This document shows positions 9,666 through 18,420 of a DNA stretch of 64,000 nucleotides, one piece after another. Under the pieces are notes generated by a model. It was not told the origin of the DNA and ran no database searches. It saw only the letters and a program-made list of their open reading frames with translations. Where the stretch lies: positions 5,248,001 through 5,312,000 of the forward strand of contig OY761158.1 in NCBI GenBank assembly GCA_963664405.1. Direction: 5' to 3'. Source of the stretch: Thermoanaerobaculia bacterium. GTDB lineage: Bacteria > Acidobacteriota > Thermoanaerobaculia > Multivoradales > Multivoraceae. A program made the position numbers and the translations under genes. Each line of letters opens with the position of its first letter. The stretch's first letter is position 1.

Positions 9666-10008
9666 TCGGGCTGGTCTGACTGCGGGACGATACAAAAAGC
9701 GATCACCGACTCGAGGTGGGGGACTACCGCCAGGGAGGGGTGCGTCGGGTGATGACGAGCTGTGGAGGAGCCGCGCGTTATCTTGTTTGTAGCAGGGGAT
9801 GAGATTTGTCGAAACTGGCGCTGAACGTACTTTCTCTTGGCGTCATGGCGGGATTTTAGGACTATTTGAGGGCGCTGCGGCTCATTTGGGCGCCCCTCTT
9901 TCGATGGGTCTCTGGTCTCTAAGTGGGTGGTACTTATGGAAGGGAGATGGGTTGCTACTATGTCGTCTCTTGGCCATGATCCATGGTTCTTGTAGTCAGG
10001 GGAGATGA

Positions 10009-10368
10009 ATGGGCGATAACGAGTTCGGCGATCGACTTCGGCTCGGGACGTATAAGGAAGATCCCGAGGTGCACTTTGGGCTTGCTGAGAAGCGAGAGAA
10101 TGCGGCGGATTGGACCGGCGTTCCAGAGCGACTGGTCAATCGACTCACGTCTCTTGGCGAGGCGTATGAGCTTCACTACCTTCCTAGGATCGATATCTAC
10201 GGCGACACGGTGTTCAAGAATGAACAGTGTAAGGCTCTCGACGCGGAATTACAGTTCGTCCGTGGGATCGTCAAGGATCCAGCGCTGGCGAAGACGGTGG
10301 ATAGGATCTCCGACCTGGTGAAGACGGCGCTTGCCCGCTCTCAGCGCTTGGTGGTCAGCGGCAATTGA
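10009..10368 (+). CDS. Hypothetical protein (119 aa)
   Basis: GGGGAG RBS upstream, protein-like composition, no motif recognised. Confidence 0.6.
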   Translation: MGDNEFGDRLRLGTYKEDPEVHFGLAEKRENAADWTGVPERLVNRLTSLGEAYELHYLPRIDIYGDTVFKNEQCKALDAELQFVRGIVKDPALAKTVDRISDLVKTALARSQRLVVSGN

Positions 10369-10428
10369 GCGCCGGCTGACTCGAGAGAGTTTCGCTGGGC
10401 GCTTCGCTGCAAGACGCGAAGTCTGAAC

Positions 10429-11304
10429 CTACTCCCGCTCGGGCGCCTGCAAACCCCAACCCTCGATCTCGGCAATGAGGTCCAGAGCCGGCGTGCTCAA
10501 GCTCAGCGGCGTGACGATGATCTCGCCACGCTGATACCAATCGAGGTCGGTCTCTCGCTCGGGTCGTCGAACTTTGTTGAACTGGACCCGCCAGAGCTGG
10601 CGCGGGTCGTCTCTTTCAACTTTGTGAAAGCCCCCGACGACTAGCTCAGGCTCGCCGAGACGCGCTACGACCAGACCCCGAGGCTTGTCGGTCGCGGATG
10701 CGGGTACGTTGATCGAGATCACGGTTCCTGCGGGCAGGCCCTTGTCGAGCCAGCCGTCCAGGACGGCAACGGTGACCTCGGCGGCGACATCGACCCGGTG
10801 AGCGCTCTTGTCTTGAGATACGGCGATGGCGGGCAGACCCAACGCCGCTGCCTCCATCGCCGCCCCTACGATGCCGATGCTGGGAGCCTCGTACCCCAAG
10901 GCAGGGCCCCGATTGATGCCCGCGATGACGGCGTCGAAAGGAGCATCCGCGCCTAGCGCCAAGATGCCGAACTGGACTGCGTCGACCGGCGTACCTTCGA
11001 CGGCATAGGCAGCTGCCGCCCCGTCGAGCTTGACTTCGCGCAGACGCAGCATGCCGGAGGGCGTGCTCTTGGATTGCCCCCCATACGAGTGCTCCTTGGC
11101 CGGGGCCACCACTACGACTTCGGCGGATTGGGACAAGTACTCGACCAGGCCGGCGAGTGCGGTCGCTTCGATCCCGTCGTCGTTGGTTACCAGGATCCGC
11201 CTCTTCTGTTGGGCGGAGAGCGCCCCCCCCCCCAAGAGACTCAGGACCAGGAAAGCCACAATGCCAACGGTCAGACTTGCCTGAGCTCTTCGTATTCGCA
11301 TCAC
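10429..11304 (-). CDS. surE: 5'/3'-nucleotidase SurE family protein with signal peptide
   Basis: ILVTNDDGI, VVAP, GTPVDAV, GINRG motifs; N-terminal hydrophobic leader ending ALSA. Confidence 0.85.
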   Translation of the reverse strand: MMRIRRAQASLTVGIVAFLVLSLLGGGALSAQQKRRILVTNDDGIEATALAGLVEYLSQSAEVVVVAPAKEHSYGGQSKSTPSGMLRLREVKLDGAAAAYAVEGTPVDAVQFGILALGADAPFDAVIAGINRGPALGYEAPSIGIVGAAMEAAALGLPAIAVSQDKSAHRVDVAAEVTVAVLDGWLDKGLPAGTVISINVPASATDKPRGLVVARLGEPELVVGGFHKVERDDPRQLWRVQFNKVRRPERETDLDWYQRGEIIVTPLSLSTPALDLIAEIEGWGLQAPERE

Positions 11305-11390
11305 TCCTCCCCCTCTGGGTCTAGTCTAGCGCGTTGCAAGCAGCGGAGTACCGGTTAGGGGTGGGCTCGGGTCTCGTACAATGCTGCGAC

Positions 11391-12089
11391 ATGATCGATC
11401 TGTATTTCTGGCCCACTCCCAACGGTTTCAAAATCACAATCTTCTGTGAGGAGGCCGGGGTCCCCTATAACCTCGTTCCGGTCGACATCGGTGCCGGCGA
11501 TCAGTTCGCGCCCGAATTTCTCGCCATCAGCCCCAACAACCGCATGCCTGCGATCGTCGACCCGGACGGGCCCGGCGGGGAGCCTTTGGCGCTTTTCGAG
11601 TCCGGCGCGATCCTGCTCTATCTGGCAGAAAAGCACGGCAGGTTTCTTCCGGTCGACGAGCGCCGCCGCCTGGATGTATTGCAATGGCTGATGTGGCAGA
11701 TGGGAGGCATCGGACCGATGCTTGGCCAGAACCATCACTTTCGCATCTACGCGCCGGAGCAGCTTCCCTACGCGGTAGAGCGCTATACCAGTGAAGCTCG
11801 CCGCCTCTACCGTGTCCTCGACAAGCGCCTAGAAGGGCGGGACTTCATCTGCCAGGAGTATTCGATCGCGGATATGGCCGTCTTTCCCTGGATCATGCCC
11901 TACAAACGTCAGGGCATCGTGCTCGAGGAGTACCCGAACATAAGGCGCTGGTTCGATGCCCTCAAGGTGAGACCGGCGGTGCACAAGGCGATCGAGGCAG
12001 GTCGAGAGCTACGCCGCGAGATTGCCGACGGGATGAGCGAGGAGACACGCTCCATCCTCTTCGGTCAGAAGCAATTCGAGAAGCGCTAA
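11391..12089 (+). CDS. GST family disulfide-bond oxidoreductase (YfcG/YghU-like)
   Basis: MIDLYFWPTPNGFK, ISPNNRMPAI, FESGAIL, QWLMWQMGGIGPMLGQ. Confidence 0.92.
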   Translation: MIDLYFWPTPNGFKITIFCEEAGVPYNLVPVDIGAGDQFAPEFLAISPNNRMPAIVDPDGPGGEPLALFESGAILLYLAEKHGRFLPVDERRRLDVLQWLMWQMGGIGPMLGQNHHFRIYAPEQLPYAVERYTSEARRLYRVLDKRLEGRDFICQEYSIADMAVFPWIMPYKRQGIVLEEYPNIRRWFDALKVRPAVHKAIEAGRELRREIADGMSEETRSILFGQKQFEKR

Positions 12090-13912
12090 TGAGGGCCTGG
12101 GCGGGCGAATCGGAAGGGAAGGGCTCTGCACCCCACCGGTTGAGAGCGCCGATCGCGTTCTCTCTCCTATTTGTCGGCTGCGCCGTCGGCGAAGGCGCAC
12201 CACCCCCTACGGGTATCCCTTTCATCCAGGGCAGAGCGCATCGGTCCCCTTGGGAGGGCGAGAGCGTGGGGTCGCTTCGAGGGATCGTCATCGCCGTCGA
12301 TGCGCGGCGGAGGAGCCCCGGTTTCTGGATCCAGAGTGCCACCGACGATGGTGATTCGGCGACCGCCCAGGGCCTTCGCGTGAACACCGCACAGCCTACC
12401 GATCTCGTGCTCGGAGACGAGGTCGAAGTGAGAGGCCGCATCGAAGAGATCGGGAGTCGCGGCGAGCTGTCTACAACCGCTCTCGTAGCCGCCTCGTGGT
12501 CCCGGCTCACAAGCGGGCGGCCCCTCCCTGCGCCGGTGATTCTCGGCGAGACCGGCCGTCGGATCCCGCAAGGCCACATCGACGATGACGGTCTTCGGGC
12601 CTTCGAGCCAGACGACGACGCGGCCGACTTCTTCGAGAGTCTGGAAGGAATGAGAGTCGAGATCCACGATGCTCTGGTGGTTGGAGCGACTTCGCCCTTC
12701 GGTGAGGTGGTCGTGGTTGCGGATCGAGGCGCCGAGACCGCGCCTCGGAGTTGGCGAGGCGGCGTCCTAGCTGCAAGTGGGGACACAAATCCCGAAAGAA
12801 TCGTTCTCGACTTCTCGCTCCTGCGGCAGCGTTCACAGGCCAAGGTCGGTGACGTCTATGCGGGCGCGGTCGTAGGAGTCCTCGACTATGACTTTGGGCT
12901 CTACCGCGTTCTGCTGACCTCCGATCCGCCGGAGCCACAGAAGAGTCGCGTGCGTCGAGACCGTTCCTCTCTCCGCGGTGACGCTCGTCATCTGAGCATC
13001 GCCTCCTACAACGTTCTCAACCTCGGCGCTGACGATGAGGAGCGTGTATTCCGCGGCTTGGCGCGAAGCCTCGTCGAGGATCTGGGCACTCCCGATGTCG
13101 TTGCCTTGCAGGAGATCCAGGACGCGAGCGGCGAGCGTGACGACGGCGTCGTTGCCGGCGCACCCACCTTGGCGAAGTTGACAGCAGCCATCCAGCGACT
13201 CGGAGGTCCGGCCTACGAGTACCTGCAGATTGATCCAGGCGACAAGCAAGACGGAGGCGCTCCCGGCGGCAATATCCGAGTGGCGCTACTGGTCGACCCG
13301 ACTCGCGTCGAGGTGATCAGACGGGGCCGGCCGGGTGACGAGGTCGATGTCTTGGGCGCCGCAGAACCGCGCCTCAGTGCAAGCCCCGGAAGGATCGGCC
13401 CGTCAGACCCCGCTTTCAGGCACAGTCGTAAGCCCCTCGCCGTGGAGCTACGGTTCAATGGCAGCACGCTCTTCGTCGCGAACTGCCATCTGGAGTCCAA
13501 GAGAGGCGACGACCCTCTCTTCGGCTCGGTGCAGCCTCCGGAGCGCCGCAGCGAGGCGAGGCGAAGGCTGCAGGCCGAGAGCGTCGCCAGGACGGTTCGC
13601 GAAATCCTCAGGGTCGACCCGAATGCTCGAGTCATCGTCTTGGGAGACCTGAACGAGCACGAATTCCGATCTCCTCTACTACCCTTGACCGAGGCCGGCC
13701 TCGAGAACCTGGTGCTTCGAGTGCCCTTGCCGGAGCGCTACACCTACAATTTTCGGGGGAGTTCTCAGGTGCTCGACCACATCTGGGTCAGCCCTGCTCT
13801 GGTGGCCGACGCCGAAGTCGACATCGTCCACGTCAATGCCGACTTTCCCTCCCGCGGCCGCCTCAGCGACCACGACCCGATCCTGGCGCGACTGTCGATG
13901 CCGCCGCCGTAG
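12089..13912 (+). CDS. Extracellular endonuclease/exonuclease/phosphatase family nuclease with N-terminal OB fold; probable lipoprotein
   Basis: LLFVGC lipobox-like site, GFWIQ, FFESLEGMRV, ASYNVLN, ALQEI, GDLN, LDHI, SDHDP. Confidence 0.88.
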   Translation: MRAWAGESEGKGSAPHRLRAPIAFSLLFVGCAVGEGAPPPTGIPFIQGRAHRSPWEGESVGSLRGIVIAVDARRRSPGFWIQSATDDGDSATAQGLRVNTAQPTDLVLGDEVEVRGRIEEIGSRGELSTTALVAASWSRLTSGRPLPAPVILGETGRRIPQGHIDDDGLRAFEPDDDAADFFESLEGMRVEIHDALVVGATSPFGEVVVVADRGAETAPRSWRGGVLAASGDTNPERIVLDFSLLRQRSQAKVGDVYAGAVVGVLDYDFGLYRVLLTSDPPEPQKSRVRRDRSSLRGDARHLSIASYNVLNLGADDEERVFRGLARSLVEDLGTPDVVALQEIQDASGERDDGVVAGAPTLAKLTAAIQRLGGPAYEYLQIDPGDKQDGGAPGGNIRVALLVDPTRVEVIRRGRPGDEVDVLGAAEPRLSASPGRIGPSDPAFRHSRKPLAVELRFNGSTLFVANCHLESKRGDDPLFGSVQPPERRSEARRRLQAESVARTVREILRVDPNARVIVLGDLNEHEFRSPLLPLTEAGLENLVLRVPLPERYTYNFRGSSQVLDHIWVSPALVADAEVDIVHVNADFPSRGRLSDHDPILARLSMPPP

Positions 13913-13935
13913 CCCCGATAGGCCGCTCGCTCGGG

Positions 13936-14841
13936 TTATCGGAAGGTTCGCGAGGTAGCCGGAATGAAGCTACCTGGCTGGCGCTTGACCAGAGTGTCGA
14001 TCGTGGTCGTGCCGTTGACGGACCCGGGACCGCTGAAGAAGGCTCCCGACAGCGAAGTGGCGACCGGCGAAGAGATCTCGACCGGCTGAACTCCAGAGGT
14101 GCCTCCGAGCACGAAACCAGGGAAGAATCCTAGCGTCGAGCCGAGTGCTTGCGGGTATCGTGCGAGCCGCCCACGCCTCCGCGGCCTCTCCTTCTTGGTC
14201 TGATCGTGGATGATCTCCAGTGCCTTGTCGATCTGGGAGTCTCGCCTCGCAAGCGCGTCGTCGGATTGACTAGCCATGGCGGTTTGGGCACGGGTACGAG
14301 CTCGCTCTTGCATTTCTTCAGAGCTGATCCACTCTCCCTGGTCTTCGACCAGTCCACGCCGCCGCATGGCTTCATCATAGGGAAGCCAACCTTCGACCCC
14401 GAGCTCGGTGTCGTAGATATAACCGAGACCCCGCATCAGCGGTGCTAGGCCTTCGGCTTCAGGGTCGAGAGTCGCGGCTGCGAGCGCCGCGCGACGCATA
14501 CCTCGTTGAAAGCCTTGGTTGGTCGCCCAGCGCGCCAGTTCGAGCCATGCCTCTACTCCCGTTGTAGGATCACTCTCGAGCTCGGCGAGACGCTCTTGAT
14601 ACTGACCCAGAACCGATTCCCCCTCGTCGATTCGCTCGACTTGGTCAAGAGAGAGGCTCATGCTGCCGATCGGCAGGTCGATGCGGAGCTGCGAGCCCTC
14701 CAGCCGAGTTTCTACCTCCTCGAAGATCTGGCCGTTGGTCAGATAGACGACATCCGCCTGAGCCGGAGCGATGGCCAGGAGGCCAAGGACGAGCCACAGT
14801 GAGACGTATGAAGGGCCGCTTCTCATAGTTCCTGGGTACAT
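13936..14841 (-). CDS. Hypothetical secreted protein
   Basis: Signal peptide ending AQA, then DVVYLTNG beta-rich domain, helical region and low-complexity tail. Confidence 0.7.
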   Translation of the reverse strand: MYPGTMRSGPSYVSLWLVLGLLAIAPAQADVVYLTNGQIFEEVETRLEGSQLRIDLPIGSMSLSLDQVERIDEGESVLGQYQERLAELESDPTTGVEAWLELARWATNQGFQRGMRRAALAAATLDPEAEGLAPLMRGLGYIYDTELGVEGWLPYDEAMRRRGLVEDQGEWISSEEMQERARTRAQTAMASQSDDALARRDSQIDKALEIIHDQTKKERPRRRGRLARYPQALGSTLGFFPGFVLGGTSGVQPVEISSPVATSLSGAFFSGPGSVNGTTTIDTLVKRQPGSFIPATSRTFR

Positions 14842-14921
14842 ATCCTATAACGAGATGCGGAAGTGGTGCATTCCGGAACCGAGAAAGAGGTCCGCCGCGC
14901 CCGTCGAGCACTCCTCTCGAT

Positions 14922-14978
14922 CTATTTGTGAGTTAGATGATAATTGTGATTGACTTAGTCACAAATAGGTTCTAGGAT
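14922..14978 (+). promoter_or_regulatory. Sigma70-like promoter for cysH overlapped by an inverted-repeat operator
   Basis: TTGACT (14950-14955), 17 bp, TAGGAT (14973-14978); CTATTTGTGA (14922-14931) / TCACAAATAG (14959-14968) perfect inverted repeat in an AT-rich island. Confidence 0.65.
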
Positions 14979-15004
14979 TCTTGTTCTGAGAGGTCGAGGG
15001 CACG

Positions 15005-15763
15005 ATGAGCCAAGTCGAGAATCTGAGTCTTGCTGCCGAATGTGACAAAGCCTTCTACGGGGGCAGGGGCTTCAGCGACGACTTCCGTTTTGGGCCCGAT
15101 ATGTCCACCGATGATTTCATCAGTTGGTCGTTAGATCGCTTCCAGGGCTGGAGGAAGGTTTTTGCCACTTCTTTCGGTATGGAGGGCTGCGCCCTGATCG
15201 ATATGTACGCCCGCAGTGGTGTACCGATGGAGATCGTCTACCTCGATACGATGTTCTTCTTTCCAGAGACTTATGAGCTTATTGAGCGGATGAGAGAGCG
15301 CTATCCGCACTTCAGCTTCGTCAACAAGGGTACCTCTTTGAGGGTAGCGGAGCAGGCTGAGATCCACGGCCCCGAGTTGTGGAAGACGAACCCTGACCTC
15401 TGCTGCAAGCTTCGCAAGGTCGATCCTCTAGGCGAGGTGATGAAGCGCGCTGATGTGTGGATCTCGGCCCTTCGACGTTCCCAGTCTGTTACCCGTGAGA
15501 GGCTGGAGATGGTCGAGTGGGACCCGCGCTTCGAGGTGCTCAAGTTAAATCCTCTATCATTCTGGGAGCGCGACGAGGTCTACAGTTACATCAAAGAGCG
15601 CGATGTGCCCTATAACGATCTCCACGAGCGTGGCTATCCCTCGATTGGCTGCACCCACTGCACTCGTCCTGTCGCGAACCTCGCGCCGAGTGAGTACACG
15701 CGCCTCGGCCGGTGGAGCGGTTCCGAGAAGACCGAGTGTGGTCTTCACATCGTCAGCGCCTGA
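15005..15763 (+). CDS. cysH: APS/PAPS reductase (Fe-S type: CC and CxxC present)
   Basis: LDTMFFFPETY, CCKLRKV, RRSQS, YPSIGCTHCT, GRW, KTECGLH. Confidence 0.93.
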   Translation: MSQVENLSLAAECDKAFYGGRGFSDDFRFGPDMSTDDFISWSLDRFQGWRKVFATSFGMEGCALIDMYARSGVPMEIVYLDTMFFFPETYELIERMRERYPHFSFVNKGTSLRVAEQAEIHGPELWKTNPDLCCKLRKVDPLGEVMKRADVWISALRRSQSVTRERLEMVEWDPRFEVLKLNPLSFWERDEVYSYIKERDVPYNDLHERGYPSIGCTHCTRPVANLAPSEYTRLGRWSGSEKTECGLHIVSA

Positions 15764-15802
15764 GAACGCTACCGCGAACCCCTTCTCGGTGAGCGCTTCG
15801 GA

Positions 15803-16543
15803 GTGAGCGCCGCCGCCCTGGTGCTCGCCGCCCACGGATCTGCTCTCGACCTCGCGGCCAACACGCGAGTGGCGGACCTGGCTCGGCGGGTGGCTGGGCG
15901 ACTTGGCCTCGAAGAGTCGAGCGCCGCTTTTCACTGCGGCGAGCCCCGATTCGACGAGGTTCTGGATTGCCTCGCCGCCGACGAAGTCGTCGTCATCCCC
16001 TTCTTCACCAGCGAGGGACATTACAGCGACAAGGTGCTACCCGAGCAGCTGGCGAAGAACCATCGATATCCGGAGGTTGCCCTGAGAACGACCGTCCCGG
16101 TGGGTCTGCACCCCGAAATTGGTGTTCTCGTTTCCCACCGCTTGACGCTCCTCCGACGACGTTTCTCGCTAGGGAGCGCGAGAGTAGCGATTCTCGCTCA
16201 CGGAACGCGACGCCATTCCGGCAGCCGGCGCTCGGCAGAAGCTTTGAGTGAGCGTCTGGCCGAGAGCGAGCACGTGCCGGCGAAGGCCTTTTTCTTTGAC
16301 GAAGACCCCCTCCTCGAGGAGATCGAGGAATTCTGCCGAGGTTTCAGCGTACTGGCCGTCCCTTTCTTGATCGGCGGCGGGCGGCATACGCGAGTCGACC
16401 TCGCTCGTCGGCTCGGTTTCCCTGGCGAGGTCGGTGAAGAGCCGGTTGCGGCCGAGCGCCCCGGCGGTAGCCTGGTCCTCGATCGTGCCTTGGGCCTCGA
16501 CCCCGGCCTGGAGCGGATCCTGATCGATCTAGCGAGGAGCTGA
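15803..16543 (+). CDS. CbiX/SirB family sirohydrochlorin chelatase
   Basis: Two repeated AHGS/AHGT domains, VIPFF..GHY and VPFLI.GRH; downstream of cysH. Confidence 0.85.
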   Translation: MSAAALVLAAHGSALDLAANTRVADLARRVAGRLGLEESSAAFHCGEPRFDEVLDCLAADEVVVIPFFTSEGHYSDKVLPEQLAKNHRYPEVALRTTVPVGLHPEIGVLVSHRLTLLRRRFSLGSARVAILAHGTRRHSGSRRSAEALSERLAESEHVPAKAFFFDEDPLLEEIEEFCRGFSVLAVPFLIGGGRHTRVDLARRLGFPGEVGEEPVAAERPGGSLVLDRALGLDPGLERILIDLARS

Positions 16544-18391
16544 GCCGCTCCCGAGCGCGACCACTGTGAAGCGGTCATCTCTGGAGCGATAGGCCCATCT
16601 TCGCCGCTCCTGCAGGAGCTCGACGAAGGACTCTGGGAACAGTGGCCCGTGCTCTTGGCTCTCCACCAGGACATGGGTGATGCCCATTCTCTCGAGGCCG
16701 TCGACGAGCTCCCCTTGCGCGTCCATCGAAAACAGCAGTGCCGAGATCTGGGACGCCTCGAAGAAACTGTCGGCAACGAACTCTCGATGGCAGAAGAACC
16801 CTCGGTTGACGTTGACCATGACCAGCTTCGCCTCGCTCGGCAGCTCAGTGTTGATGAAGTCGAAGACCTCGTCGGTGGCGTAGGCGCGAAGCTCATCGCC
16901 CTGGCTCCACAGCAGCGGGAGGAGCCGCGGAATCTGTTCGAGGTAGGCAAAGCTCGCTTGGACGGTCAGGGCTCCGACGAGGAAAGCGACCCCCGCGGTC
17001 GGCAGACCGGGTCTCGATAGCCGACGAATGAGGTCGTGGGCCGAAACGGCAAAGGCGAGGGCAAGCAGTGGAAGGATCGGGATGAGAAACCTCATCTGCT
17101 GGGAGCTCAGACTCCAGAGCACGAACCAAAGACCTGCTGTCGCCAGCGCTCGGCGGACGATGGCATGGCGACGGGCTCCGACGAGAGCGATGGGGATCAG
17201 AATCACCCACAAGGGATGGAGCCGTCCGTCAAAATGCTCATAGCCTTGCCCACCCTGGAGCATCACCCGGATCGGCAGTAGCAAGTAATCGAGCAGGCTG
17301 CGACCCATCCCTATCGCCTGCTGCCACGCGGCGTGTTGCCGACCCAGCTCAGCGCTCCACTCAGACCCTCCGAAGGTGGAGTAGAGAAGCGGGTAGACCG
17401 GGTTGCCGGTGAACCACCAGGCCTTGATCAGCCAGGGAAGGGAAAAAGCTAAGACTGGAAAGACGAAGAAGGCGGTCGGTCGTAAGAGTGTGGTCGGCCG
17501 GCGACCGCCGAGGAGGCGCGAGACCAGAAAGACGGCCGCGAGGCACGCGCCGCCGAAGAAGCCGCTGATCTTGGTGACCGCGAGGACGCCTGCCGCGACG
17601 CCGGCGGCAAGGAGCCAGGATGTCTCACGCTCGCTGTCATCGAGGGCCCGATGGACGAAGAGAAAACCGGCAAGAAGGAAGACGGCGACGGCGATGTCGA
17701 CATAGGCGAGCCGCATCTCGAACAAGAACACCGGGTTGAGGAAGAGCAGAGCGGATGCGATGACTCCCCATGGAGGTGTGGTGGCGCGGGCGGTGATCAT
17801 GCCAAGCAGGATTGCCAGCAGCGCACCAAAGCCAAAGTGGAGAGCCTTCGCCAGGATGTAGTCCTTGACGGTCATGGCCAGGGCGAAGAGCAGCTCGATG
17901 CCTAGGGGCCAGTTCGAATAGGCGTTGTAGGGAATGTGCCGGAAGCCGCCGTGCTCGAGGTACAAGCGAGGGACAGTCAGGTGGTAAACGTCGGCGTCCC
18001 AGGCAACGATGGGGCGAAGCACCTGCAGGTAGAGTGCACCCATAACGACGACGAGAGTTGTTGTGAGTGCGACGAATAAGAGCTCTGGGCGCGGTTTCTG
18101 AGCAAGAGCGCGCAGGGTCCACTTCTTGTTCTTGCCGGCGATCGTGATGGCTCCGGCAAGGCTGACGACCGCGACCGCTGCAAGCACCGGGGCGGGACGC
18201 AGCAGTTGCACAGATGCCAGCGCGAAAAGGATCGTGATCCAGGCCCCGCTTCCGAGGACAACACGGAGAGCCAAGGTCTCCGCGGCGTTCGCGTCGATTC
18301 TTCGGAAGATACGCTCGAAGGCCGCGCCTGAAGCGAGAAGGAGGGCGATCAGTGTGGCCAGTAGGAGGAGGTAGGACCCCAGGTAGGCCAT
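16529..18391 (-). CDS. GT-C/ArnT-like polytopic membrane glycosyltransferase
   Basis: Many TM helices; WDADVYHL, AYVD, TGNPVYP, QMRFLIP motifs; ATG at 18391. Confidence 0.8.
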   Translation of the reverse strand: MAYLGSYLLLLATLIALLLASGAAFERIFRRIDANAAETLALRVVLGSGAWITILFALASVQLLRPAPVLAAVAVVSLAGAITIAGKNKKWTLRALAQKPRPELLFVALTTTLVVVMGALYLQVLRPIVAWDADVYHLTVPRLYLEHGGFRHIPYNAYSNWPLGIELLFALAMTVKDYILAKALHFGFGALLAILLGMITARATTPPWGVIASALLFLNPVFLFEMRLAYVDIAVAVFLLAGFLFVHRALDDSERETSWLLAAGVAAGVLAVTKISGFFGGACLAAVFLVSRLLGGRRPTTLLRPTAFFVFPVLAFSLPWLIKAWWFTGNPVYPLLYSTFGGSEWSAELGRQHAAWQQAIGMGRSLLDYLLLPIRVMLQGGQGYEHFDGRLHPLWVILIPIALVGARRHAIVRRALATAGLWFVLWSLSSQQMRFLIPILPLLALAFAVSAHDLIRRLSRPGLPTAGVAFLVGALTVQASFAYLEQIPRLLPLLWSQGDELRAYATDEVFDFINTELPSEAKLVMVNVNRGFFCHREFVADSFFEASQISALLFSMDAQGELVDGLERMGITHVLVESQEHGPLFPESFVELLQERRRWAYRSRDDRFTVVALGSGSAPR

Positions 18392-18420
18392 GTTGGCGGC
18401 CGCTAGCGAGCCCTCGCCCG

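Larger units (their letters stand above)
8468..9936 (+). mobile_element. Putative element: RAYT-like HUH/Y1 transposase flanked by 18-bp imperfect inverted repeats
   Basis: TAGGTGCCACCCACTTAG (8468-8485) and CTAAGTGGGTGGTACTTA (9919-9936) match at 16/18 as reverse complements and enclose only the transposase. Confidence 0.65.
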
